From Candidatus Bathyarchaeia archaeon (GTDB lineage Archaea > Thermoproteota > Bathyarchaeia > Bathyarchaeales > Bathycorpusculaceae): DNA of 64,000 bases. The notes beneath the pieces are model-generated. The model saw only the letters and a program-made list of their open reading frames with translations, was not told the origin of the DNA and made no database searches. This document shows, piece after piece, positions 50,761 through 60,050 of the stretch (the stretch's first letter is position 1; the number at the start of each line of letters is the position of its first letter). The stretch is from contig JBNIDR010000007.1 in the NCBI GenBank assembly GCA_050108155.1, forward strand, positions 4,592-68,591, given 5' to 3'. The position numbers and the translations under genes were made by a program.

Positions 50761-50870
50761 CATAAACCAACACCACCAAATCCGCTATTGCCAACATTTA
50801 TAATATACTATTTAATCCAAACAAAAAAATCCAACAAAAGAAAAGCAAAGTAACATCACTATGCTTTCTT

Positions 50871-51377
50871 TTATAGGTAGCCTAGTCCATGTAGCGCGTG
50901 GAGTATTATGATTATGTAGAAGGGCATTATTAGGCTGGCATGGAGGAACCTGTTAGTTTTCAAGTTAAAGTTTGCCGATTTGAACCTGAATCTTTGGGTA
51001 AACCCTGTCATGACCTGCAAAGCCATCGCCAAATACAAAGCTAAGCCCATACCTGAATCTAAGAAAACAAAGTCTGGTCTACTTACTTGGGTTGAAAAAT
51101 GGATTGAAATTAAACCGAAAAAAAGCAAGTTACCAAACATGTGAAAACGGAAAAGCCCCATCATCTTCTTGGGGTAAAAGTGCTTCATAAAAATAAATGA
51201 TGGCGTAGCAACGGCAATGTAGATTGTTCCAATTATGGCTAACCAATGAGTGAAACGTAGCGGTCCAATAAAGAAATTTGTGGGTGTCAAATGCAGATAG
51301 GTCGCTGTTGAAAGAAAAACTATTATTAAAACTGTAATGATGGCTAATAAAAAATCAAAGTTATCGGCTTTCACCAA
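50871..51377 (-). CDS. Four-TM membrane protein with conserved His residues (ferric-reductase-like TM)
   Basis: THWL, RFHM..SIHF, FLHA..LHALH. Confidence 0.6.
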   Translation of the reverse strand: MVKADNFDFLLAIITVLIIVFLSTATYLHLTPTNFFIGPLRFTHWLAIIGTIYIAVATPSFIFMKHFYPKKMMGLFRFHMFGNLLFFGLISIHFSTQVSRPDFVFLDSGMGLALYLAMALQVMTGFTQRFRFKSANFNLKTNRFLHASLIMPFYIIIILHALHGLGYL

Positions 51378-51523
51378 AAAGCCTTCTCATAGCTATTGCA
51401 AACAAGAGTTAACTACCTATGGCTGCATACCATAACTAAGCTTGCTTTAATCAAAAAATATAAACATTTCTAAAAAAAGGCTCAAGCCTTTGCAATTTTG
51501 AAAAGTTACCAAAACTGTAATGT

Positions 51524-51784
51524 TCACAGCTTTTCTAAGACTTCATATTCAATGTTGCCGCTGAACGGTTTAAGCGCTTTTAGTGATCCTTTATCCAGTG
51601 TTGCAACAGAAACTTTTCTCTTAGTTTCCTCATAGAGCTGAATAACAAGCGCTATCAATTCTGGATCGCCCTTATTTATAGCATATTCTGTCTTTGAGTC
51701 TATTTTACCCAAGTGCTTTCTAACGTTATCGCGATTTTCTGCTCGTAATCTACTTCGCATAAAAGCGCAATTTTCATGCCCCAA
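51524..51784 (-). CDS. Hypothetical protein
   Basis: 86 aa ORF overlapping the upstream gene end. Confidence 0.4.
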   Translation of the reverse strand: MGHENCAFMRSRLRAENRDNVRKHLGKIDSKTEYAINKGDPELIALVIQLYEETKRKVSVATLDKGSLKALKPFSGNIEYEVLEKL

Positions 51785-52529
51785 TGCTCTTAGTGTGGCG
51801 TTTTTTGAAGTAAACCAGTAGCCCTATGCTCGCAGAAGCCATAGAGACTGCAGAAACGATTGCCAGTAAGACCGATGGGTTCTGGAAAAGCGACATGTTT
51901 GTATTCGTCGTAGAATCATTTTCATCAATAGCTATAGTTTGCGTGTTACTCCAACCGCTGGTTTCACCAGTGAAAATCCATGGCCACATCTGCAGTTGGT
52001 CAGTGGCATTGGGATTGTAACCTCGATGGACATAGCCTGTCATTGCTTCAAATCGAAAGTCTATCTCTGGGTTAAAAGGAAGCCCGCTAAGGCTTGGCTC
52101 GGAATAGGAGTCTGTAGTTGCATCATAACTTTCTAGCATGAAGCCTTGCGCTGGATGTGTCGGAGACAGCCGGAAAGAAAGCACAGTGTAATCAGAGTTT
52201 GATGGCTTTAGAGGTTCAACAAGGGGTGAGTGAAAACTAATCCAGTTTTCTCCATTACGTTCCTTGACCTGAATGTTATAGTAGAATTCAATGGTCCAGT
52301 TAGCAGACTGAGGGCTTTCTTGAACCTCGTAAGGAGTAAACTGTTGATTCTTAACCTTCAACTCAATAAAATATATTCTTGGCCCATCCCCAGAACAATC
52401 GATGACTTCCACGGTAAATTCTGGAATAGACGGTTTAGTTATGAGTGCTAATGTGGGTTTAGGCATGACTGCTATTAGGCTAAGCACCGTTAAGAGTGAG
52501 ACTAGCAGTAGACTTGCATGTCTACTCAT
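51774..52529 (-). CDS. Secreted protein with C-terminal TM anchor
   Basis: Signal peptide, KPSIPEFTV, SGWSNTQTI, TM helix and KKR tail. Confidence 0.7.
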   Translation of the reverse strand: MSRHASLLLVSLLTVLSLIAVMPKPTLALITKPSIPEFTVEVIDCSGDGPRIYFIELKVKNQQFTPYEVQESPQSANWTIEFYYNIQVKERNGENWISFHSPLVEPLKPSNSDYTVLSFRLSPTHPAQGFMLESYDATTDSYSEPSLSGLPFNPEIDFRFEAMTGYVHRGYNPNATDQLQMWPWIFTGETSGWSNTQTIAIDENDSTTNTNMSLFQNPSVLLAIVSAVSMASASIGLLVYFKKRHTKSIGA

Positions 52530-52730
52530 ATCTATCCCGTTATATAAGGGGCATTTTCAAAAATTTAAAGTTACTTATCAAACTCTAGAAATAGTAATGT
52601 GATGGGTTTTGCTGCTTTCAAAGAGATTTGATATGAGACTAACAATAAATTGGCATAATTCAGTAGATCAAATTAGGAATAGAATAAGATGATGAGAAGA
52701 CGAAATTAATCGGGCTCACAAGTGCTTTTT

Positions 52731-53063
52731 TTATACTAACGCGTTCTCAATAGGCATTAGTTTGCGATCAGTCCGACCACTTTCGATTACTTCCGATAAT
52801 CCAACGTTTGAACTTCAATGAATTCATCTGCAATAGCCCTGTTAATCCTTTCAACGGAAGACAATATTTTGTCTGCCAACTCTGGAGATGTTTTCTAAAA
52901 TTTTTTCTGCAAACCCTTTCGGCTCGCCAATGACTTCCTGCACTATCGCTTGGGGAATTACGGCTTTATAGTTTTCCTTCTTTTTCTGCCTTAGAAAGTC
53001 AAGTTTCCCTTTTTTGTCAAAGAATATGAGAACTGAGGAATCTACTACAAGGCAGTTAGGCAT
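52731..53063 (-). pseudogene. PIN-domain toxin, frameshifted with an internal stop
   Basis: LVVDSSVLIF..VIPQAIVQEV; continues in another frame (KTSPELADKIL..DYRK*). Confidence 0.6.
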
Positions 53064-53505
53064 CAAGGGCGCCAACTTCGTCAAGAAGGGAGACAAACTC
53101 GTAGTAGCTTATTCCCAATGTAGCGGCTGCTTGCCTAAACGTCATCTTTTCAGCTTTCACTTTGGCAACAAGTTTGTTAAATTTTTGTATTCCCTCATCC
53201 CCACATCGAGCTTTGTAGAGTTCCATCAGTGTTTGTTCTTCAAAAGCCTCTATCAACTTCTGTGGTGAAACTTCAAGCTTGAAATCTCCAGCAAAATACA
53301 CTCTTGTGTTGCCTTTGGCTTCGCTCTCTACAGCGCTTGCAGCTTCAAGCTCTCGCAGATACTTGTAGACGGTTGGCAGGGGGTAGCCTAAGTGTTTTCC
53401 GATGCCTTCTGCTGTCTCGCCCCTGTGCTTTGATAGGTGCGCGATTATCTTTGCTTTGTTCGGATTCCCTATTGCTCGCAGAATCGAAACTGTTTTCTCG
53501 GCCAT
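53056..53505 (-). CDS. ArsR-HTH plus UPF0175-like antitoxin
   Basis: LRAIGNPNKAKII..TVYKYLRELE..MTFRQAAATLGISYYEF. Confidence 0.7.
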   Translation of the reverse strand: MAEKTVSILRAIGNPNKAKIIAHLSKHRGETAEGIGKHLGYPLPTVYKYLRELEAASAVESEAKGNTRVYFAGDFKLEVSPQKLIEAFEEQTLMELYKARCGDEGIQKFNKLVAKVKAEKMTFRQAAATLGISYYEFVSLLDEVGALDA

Positions 53506-53778
53506 AAAGGTCAGTTAACAAAATATATAATGGCAACTTAAAACTTTTGGGACCAAGAGTACCACAAAAATCAAGCCCAAGTGGTTTAAAATCCAGATTA
53601 ACGATGATAATTTTAGGCAGTCGTCCAATGGAGAGAGCGGCAAAAAGATTATCTTCAATGTTATAGTGGGGTTACTTCTCAAACTTTTTGAGTCAATTCA
53701 CACTGTTACATCTCAAAGGGCCAATTGTTGAACAAGTAAATGTTTTCACAGTTGATTGCTGCCCCTAAATACAGGTGG

Positions 53779-54006
53779 CTAGGCCTGAACAGTGACTTTT
53801 ATGACGCTTACAGGGCAGGATTGCTCAGCTTCTTGAGCATTCTTTATTTTGTCGTCATCGAAGTAGCCCTCTGATTTTCCATTGGTTGTGCCGCCAACTA
53901 CTTTTGACTTACTCTCTTCGCCTGCCTCAAAATGATCTTGATCTAATGCGTAACATGTTCCACAAGCTATACAATCTTCTCTGTTCACTTCAATTTTATA
54001 TTTCAA
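53779..54006 (-). CDS. Ferredoxin (single cluster)
   Basis: CIACGTC..CPVSVI; TTG start after GGAGG. Confidence 0.85.
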   Translation of the reverse strand: MKYKIEVNREDCIACGTCYALDQDHFEAGEESKSKVVGGTTNGKSEGYFDDDKIKNAQEAEQSCPVSVIKVTVQA

Positions 54007-54260
54007 TGCACATCCTCCAGCATTTACTATTCTTCGTCTTGTCAAAATATATTTTTCTAAGATATTCAATAGCTGAAAGATGTTTCTGGTTTTAGATGAG
54101 GTCTGTAAAATGGAAGTGGATGAAGAATACACGAAAGCTCGGGCAAGGAATCATTTTCAGGTTTGGTTTGAATTTTTGTTTTAAAATTTTGAGGATGATA
54201 TTTTTTTAAGGTGACTAATCGACGCGGCTCTACACTGTAAAGGCCACAATATCTACGCAT

Positions 54261-56552
54261 ATGCGGAGCTTGATAGGTAAGCTGAGATGTAGACGTGCTT
54301 TTCTCGGCGTAGATGCTGCTATCCTCATAGCTTTCTTTACGGTGACTATGCTTGCAATCTATTTAGCCGCTCCATCGTTAATGTCTTTTTTATTCAACAC
54401 AATAATTGGCGGGCCTAACGGGATTTACTCTTACCTACTGGAACTGCCAACCATCAGCAGTCCACCCAGTCACGGTGGTACGATAGGGCAACAATTAGGT
54501 CTGCCAATGGTTAGAGTTTTCAGTTTGATGCAGACAATCGCGCTTTCAATGTTTGCGGTTGTATTGATTGTAGCGGCCATATGCTATGTTTTAGAGAACT
54601 TTCGAATCATGAGTGAAGGCACAGCTGCAAACATAATCATGAACAGTGTCTTCACCTTCATACTCATTTTTGCTTGCCAAACAATATATAATGCTGTAGC
54701 CTCAGCGATAAACATCTTTGTAGGCTGGCCAGACGTAGGCGGCTCAGGCGTCTTAATCACGTCAGGGAACACTATAAGCACTATAGTAGGTTACGCTACA
54801 GGTGGGGTAGCTAATGTACCCCTGCCAAACTTGGACCCCTTTACCGGCTTTTTTTTCAGTGGGATATTAGTCATGCTCGTAGCATCCATACTAATGTTAA
54901 CACTTGTCATGGGCTTAACCAGGCTCTTTTTCACAGGAGTCTTGGCAGCAATTCTGCCCTTAATTTTAGTTCTCCGCCTAATACCCCTAACTAAACATTT
55001 TGCCGATACACTCCTGCAAGATCTAATTGGGTTCATGTTCACAAGCATAATGGCATCTATTGTTCTGCTCTTCGGCTATCAAATCCTCGTAACAGCTAGT
55101 TTAAGCCCTCTCACACAGATTCTAATAGCGATTGTAACACTTTTTGCGGCAGCATACATGTCAACAGTATTCGTGGGCAAATTTGGCGCTCTCGGCATGG
55201 CGGCTGCAAACCTTGTTGGAGGCGCCGTAAATACTGCAACTGGTGCCGCACTTGGAATGGCGGGCGGCGCCGTCTTAGGAGGAGGCGGAGGAATGGCGAG
55301 CAGGCTCGGGTCGCTTGCAGGAAAAGGCTTAACCAAAACAGAACTACTCGACCAAGCTGGTCGCGGGTTCATGTCTGGAGCAGCGCCAGGTGCAGTAAGC
55401 GGTTTCTTATCTGCAGGTGGAGGAGGCGGAGGCGGCAGTCTCATCATGGGTTCAAAGGGTATGCGAGAGATGGGTCGTACAGTCATGGGTTCTATGCAAA
55501 TGCAAAAAGCGTCTGCTCAAGAGTTCCTCAACAACAGAGCCGGTTCGACCCTTGATGCTGTGCTATATAAGAACTCAGCTGGCGATGTTCTTCCAACTGC
55601 TTCGCCAGAAGGAAGTGCCAGCTTCATGAATGACTTAGATAAAAAGTCAGGGGACGATGTGTTCAATGGTTATGTAGCCAATAATTACCCTGAAATCGCG
55701 GAACAAATCAAAGACCCTCGAACCGCCGGATTAGAAGTTAAACGACATCTCCAGTCTCTGTCACCTGAGGTTGCTTACAGTAACTGGAACAGAGCGCAAA
55801 CACAGGGGAGTCTTCCAAAAGAGGGACGTGCCACCTTCTATCAAAACGCCCGTGACGAAATAGGTGCAAACAAAGAAACTGTAACAGCAATCCAAAAAGG
55901 CATATACAACCCCAACCTTGAAGCACTTGATGCCTCCCCTAGATTCGCAATTGACACTTTTAACACTGGAACGGTCACACAAAAAGGGTCCATAGCTAAT
56001 GCAAAACTTTTCTCAGGTGTAAAAAAACTAGGTGCTTCTGATGACCGCCGAGTTGACCGCTTAACTGAACAAGAATTCTCCTCTGCTCGCCCAGAGCTTC
56101 TCGGGAAGAAACTTGCCCAGGTAACTGGAGTCAAGATGACTGAGAAGGAACAGAGAACTTATGGTTACGCCATGGGAAAAGTACGTGACGTAATCACAAA
56201 GAGAAACCCTGTAATGGCAAAGAACATGGCTCATTATGTATATGGCAAAGGAAACACTCAATTGAGTCCTTTAATGAAAAACGAAAAGTTCACTAGCCAA
56301 GCAATAAGTGAGATGGAATCTCATGGAACTAGCGCTTGGCTTGCTAACACCTTAAACATTAAGCAAAGAGAAGTTCCATCTCTCGAAAGCCTATTCAAAA
56401 CCGATTCAAGTAAAGCAACAAGTGGTATCAACCAAAAAAGTGCGCAAACATCAAACCCTGTTATTCAACTCAAACAGCCTAGAAGCAGAAACAGACCTGT
56501 TGATTTGTTAGAAATGCAGAAAAGAGACCTCTCAGGTGAAAAACAATGGTAG
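54261..56552 (+). CDS. TrbL/VirB6-like polytopic membrane protein
   Basis: Multiple TM helices, then a Gly/Ala-rich segment and a hydrophilic tail. Confidence 0.65.
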   Translation: MRSLIGKLRCRRAFLGVDAAILIAFFTVTMLAIYLAAPSLMSFLFNTIIGGPNGIYSYLLELPTISSPPSHGGTIGQQLGLPMVRVFSLMQTIALSMFAVVLIVAAICYVLENFRIMSEGTAANIIMNSVFTFILIFACQTIYNAVASAINIFVGWPDVGGSGVLITSGNTISTIVGYATGGVANVPLPNLDPFTGFFFSGILVMLVASILMLTLVMGLTRLFFTGVLAAILPLILVLRLIPLTKHFADTLLQDLIGFMFTSIMASIVLLFGYQILVTASLSPLTQILIAIVTLFAAAYMSTVFVGKFGALGMAAANLVGGAVNTATGAALGMAGGAVLGGGGGMASRLGSLAGKGLTKTELLDQAGRGFMSGAAPGAVSGFLSAGGGGGGGSLIMGSKGMREMGRTVMGSMQMQKASAQEFLNNRAGSTLDAVLYKNSAGDVLPTASPEGSASFMNDLDKKSGDDVFNGYVANNYPEIAEQIKDPRTAGLEVKRHLQSLSPEVAYSNWNRAQTQGSLPKEGRATFYQNARDEIGANKETVTAIQKGIYNPNLEALDASPRFAIDTFNTGTVTQKGSIANAKLFSGVKKLGASDDRRVDRLTEQEFSSARPELLGKKLAQVTGVKMTEKEQRTYGYAMGKVRDVITKRNPVMAKNMAHYVYGKGNTQLSPLMKNEKFTSQAISEMESHGTSAWLANTLNIKQREVPSLESLFKTDSSKATSGINQKSAQTSNPVIQLKQPRSRNRPVDLLEMQKRDLSGEKQW

Positions 56553-56555
56553 AAA

Positions 56556-57662
56556 CTAAGATACATATGCTGACGATTTCGCTAATTCCTGCTCTACTGA
56601 TGTCAACTGCGGCAACATTTGTTTTACTCTTTCAATAAAGTTTTTTGCATACCAACATGCCTTTGCTTCGTCAATGGAGTTTAAATCAGTCGCCAAATCA
56701 TAGAGTCTGAAAAGTTCAGGATTACCAATAAGGTTGGTAACGCTTTCAACAGTCTTAGAATCGAAGTCAATTACTTTTGTTGGCGGCCAAGTCGCGTTAA
56801 TTCCAAGTTTAGCTGTAAGTGCATTATATGCATCCCAAACGGCAACGAGCGCTTTTGATTCTTTCAAAAATTTGTCAGCAAGCTTAAGCTGCCATTCGAT
56901 GTACGTGTCTTTAACGTCCAATTCTCGTTTTTTCCCAGCAAGTGCATCCTCTTGAAAGCTTTCTAAGAAAGGGTCGCAAGCGTAACATTCACACAAGAAC
57001 TGCGGTAAATCCTCTGTCTCGCAGAGCCTTATAGTTTCGCTTGATATCCAGCATGCTACTCTGTCACCTTTCCATCGATTGTAACTATATATGCTGGCCA
57101 AAGTATCTACATAGCCGTTGATTAAGGCGGGGAGATCTTCTTTAGGTGCAACCTCACGGAACTTCTTTTCGGCTGCCTCACAAATGATCTGAGGTACTTG
57201 CAATAAAATCTCGGGGTTTTGCGCATCCATCTTTGCAAAAAGGGTATTCCACGGTTTTTGGTCATAACTCATTTTTTCAACGGCTAATTTTGCAGCTTCT
57301 CGCAATTTATCTTGTACATCTTTGTCTACGCGCATTCGTGCAAGCACATAGTCATGTATGAGCCAAGAAGACCAATCTACATGATTTAGTTCGCGTATGT
57401 ACTTTCTAAATATAGCGTCGGTAGGAAGATTGTTGAAAAAATACTTGCCTGGCATGTATTCGTAATAAACGTATCTTTTTGTTTGGAGAAGCTTCCATTC
57501 GTTCTGGTTATAGGATTCTATATGGCCGCATTCGGGGCATTTTGTTGATTGGGTTTTGTCGTCGTATTGGAGCTTTACGTATTTTTTTCCGCATTGATTA
57601 CACCAGTCGTCGCTATCCGTCCACTCAGAGAATTTATTTTGTTCAGATACTGCTTGAGTCAA
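56556..57662 (-). CDS. Hypothetical protein with N-terminal Zn ribbon
   Basis: CNQCG..CPECG. Confidence 0.6.
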   Translation of the reverse strand: MTQAVSEQNKFSEWTDSDDWCNQCGKKYVKLQYDDKTQSTKCPECGHIESYNQNEWKLLQTKRYVYYEYMPGKYFFNNLPTDAIFRKYIRELNHVDWSSWLIHDYVLARMRVDKDVQDKLREAAKLAVEKMSYDQKPWNTLFAKMDAQNPEILLQVPQIICEAAEKKFREVAPKEDLPALINGYVDTLASIYSYNRWKGDRVACWISSETIRLCETEDLPQFLCECYACDPFLESFQEDALAGKKRELDVKDTYIEWQLKLADKFLKESKALVAVWDAYNALTAKLGINATWPPTKVIDFDSKTVESVTNLIGNPELFRLYDLATDLNSIDEAKACWYAKNFIERVKQMLPQLTSVEQELAKSSAYVS

Positions 57663-57822
57663 GGGTATCTCCCCATTATTGTAAGTGTACTTACTTTCTT
57701 ATAAGCTCTACTCAAAGTACATCACTCCACTATGTTCCGCTAAGCTAGACTGGATTGTAAATTTTAAAGCCCTGATTCGCCCTTTAAAAAATCTCGCCTC
57801 CCTGTTGTTCGGTGTTTAAGAA

Positions 57823-58281
57823 ATGAATTTACACCGAACCCTAAGACAAAAAAGAGGCATCAGCCCCCTAATCGCCACCATTATCCTTATAGCCATTTGC
57901 ATCGCCGGCGGAGCACTCGTCTACAGCATTTTCTTCAGCACAGCCAACACCCTTAGCTCCTCAACTCAAGTCAACGTCCAAACAGCATCCCTAATCAAAG
58001 ACTCAGCTGGAAACGTAAATTTCACCATGACCGTCAAAAACGTAGGCAACAAACCAATCGATACCATAAGTATAACCTTGGCCTCCGAACCTCCAGCACA
58101 AATCACGGCAATAACGCCCCTTGCGCCCCTTCAACCAGGACAGACCGCATCCTACATTCCAACAACGGCCATTGCACGCACATACACTGTAGGCAACACA
58201 TACAATGTAGTGATAACAGCTCACACGACCGACGGCAGCTCCTTCGCTCAAACAGTATCAGTCATGTGCACCATGGGCTAA
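57823..58281 (+). CDS. Archaeal type IV pilin
   Basis: Class III signal peptide KRG/ISPLIATIILIAI. Confidence 0.88.
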   Translation: MNLHRTLRQKRGISPLIATIILIAICIAGGALVYSIFFSTANTLSSSTQVNVQTASLIKDSAGNVNFTMTVKNVGNKPIDTISITLASEPPAQITAITPLAPLQPGQTASYIPTTAIARTYTVGNTYNVVITAHTTDGSSFAQTVSVMCTMG

Positions 58282-58445
58282 AACGCTTTTCTAACAGCAA
58301 AATCCCTCTTCTTTTTTCTATGACTTATTTTTCGAGTAAACCAAACAGTAAAAGGTACATGTTAAGTCAGAAGCGCTCTTAACCTCAAACTGAAGCCTTG
58401 TTTTTCCTTTAAAAAAACATAGGCATCTCATTTGCGGTTAAGTAT

Positions 58446-60050
58446 ATGGACTTTAACATAAAGCAAATTGACCTCAAGCTTGTAGACCTCAAACTTAAGC
58501 TGCAACAGATACTGCAACAATTTTACAAGACTAAGAAAGTTACCCCAACAAATTTGCGGTTCAAGGCAGAACCTTTGATTGCTGCATTTCAGGGTGAAAT
58601 CTTAAACAAGTATACGGTTGATCAAGCTACTGTTTTCATTGTTGATCAGGATGGTAAAGGATTATACATCGTTAGCGAGCCAGAGATGAATCCTGAAGAG
58701 CAACGAGTTTACAGCCTATTGATGGAAAATCTCTTTTTTACACTAAAACCGCTAACGAAAATGGAGGATCCTCTGAAATATGTTGAAGGTTTCATGTGGG
58801 ATGCCGCCCAAGAACTTGGCATCGTTGGAGAGGTCCAGAAAAGTTTTCAGAAAATCCGTTATTTCGTTATTCGCGACGCTTTCGGTTACGGTCCGATACA
58901 TATACCCATGAACGATCCCCAAGTAGAGGAGGTATCCTGCACTAGCTACGGCAACCCTATAACTGTAATTCATAGACAGCTCTCAGAATACGATTGGCTG
59001 CAAACAAACATCTCATTTTCAAATGAAGATATCCTTAGAAATTTTGTGCAAAAACTCGCTCAGAGAACGGGACACAGTGTAACAGTAGCGACTCCTTGGA
59101 CCGACGCCATGACCAAAGAAGGACACAGGCTAGCTGTTACTTTTGCGGGCGAGGTTACACTTCCCGGCTCAACTTTTTGCATAAGAAAGTTTCCAGAGGC
59201 GCCCTTCAGCATGGCTCATTTGTTGCAATACAAAACCTTAACGCCTCTTATGGCGGCATACTTCTGGCTTTTAACGGAATACAAAGGCTACGTTATGGTT
59301 CTCGGTCCGATGGGTAGTGGCAAGACTTCGTTCCTTAACTCTTTGCTGACAATGACTGATCCAACACTAAAAATCGCTAGCATCGAAGACACAAACGAAG
59401 TTAGAATTCCACATTCAGGTTGGCAACGTTTCAAGGCAAGACACACCTACAGCATAACCGAATCCAAGTACGATGTCGGCCTCTTCGACCTAGTAAAACT
59501 AAGCCTTAGGTATAGGCCAGACTACATCGTCGTAGGAGAGATTCGAGGAGAAGAAATCCAAGCGTTAACCCAAGCCGCTTCACTTGGTCACGGTGCGCTA
59601 TGCACTTTCCACGCCGAAAGCCCAGAAGCAGCGCTCGTTCGGATGCGCAGTCCCCCCATGGAAGTTAGCGAAGGCGGACTAATGCTCATTTGGTGTTTTG
59701 CTCTTCTCAATCGTGTCCGAACCTATCAAGGAAAAGTCGCTCGTAGGCTTTTAGACGCCGTTGAGGTTGAGCCTAAAGACGGCAAACTAACGCTAAAACG
59801 TATTTTTTCATGGGATGCCAGAACAGACACATTTACTCCACAAACCGCTGAAGAGGTTGCAAACAAGAGCCCCAAACTTAAAACGATCATGCGACTTACA
59901 GGCTGGACTGAAAAAGAGCTTGTAAACGAATTAGATCGCCGAGCTAACTACCTACAATCAGCCGTAGACGAAGGCAAGTTAGAGTTCGCTGAGTTTTCTG
60001 AAGCAATTAGAAAATTCTATGTTTCTAGCCGGAGGCATGAGAGTAATTGA
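58446..60050 (+). CDS. Type II/IV secretion ATPase (ArlI/CpaF/VirB11 family)
   Basis: GPMGSGKT, SIEDTNE, RPDYIVVGEIRG, TFHAE. Confidence 0.92.
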   Translation: MDFNIKQIDLKLVDLKLKLQQILQQFYKTKKVTPTNLRFKAEPLIAAFQGEILNKYTVDQATVFIVDQDGKGLYIVSEPEMNPEEQRVYSLLMENLFFTLKPLTKMEDPLKYVEGFMWDAAQELGIVGEVQKSFQKIRYFVIRDAFGYGPIHIPMNDPQVEEVSCTSYGNPITVIHRQLSEYDWLQTNISFSNEDILRNFVQKLAQRTGHSVTVATPWTDAMTKEGHRLAVTFAGEVTLPGSTFCIRKFPEAPFSMAHLLQYKTLTPLMAAYFWLLTEYKGYVMVLGPMGSGKTSFLNSLLTMTDPTLKIASIEDTNEVRIPHSGWQRFKARHTYSITESKYDVGLFDLVKLSLRYRPDYIVVGEIRGEEIQALTQAASLGHGALCTFHAESPEAALVRMRSPPMEVSEGGLMLIWCFALLNRVRTYQGKVARRLLDAVEVEPKDGKLTLKRIFSWDARTDTFTPQTAEEVANKSPKLKTIMRLTGWTEKELVNELDRRANYLQSAVDEGKLEFAEFSEAIRKFYVSSRRHESN

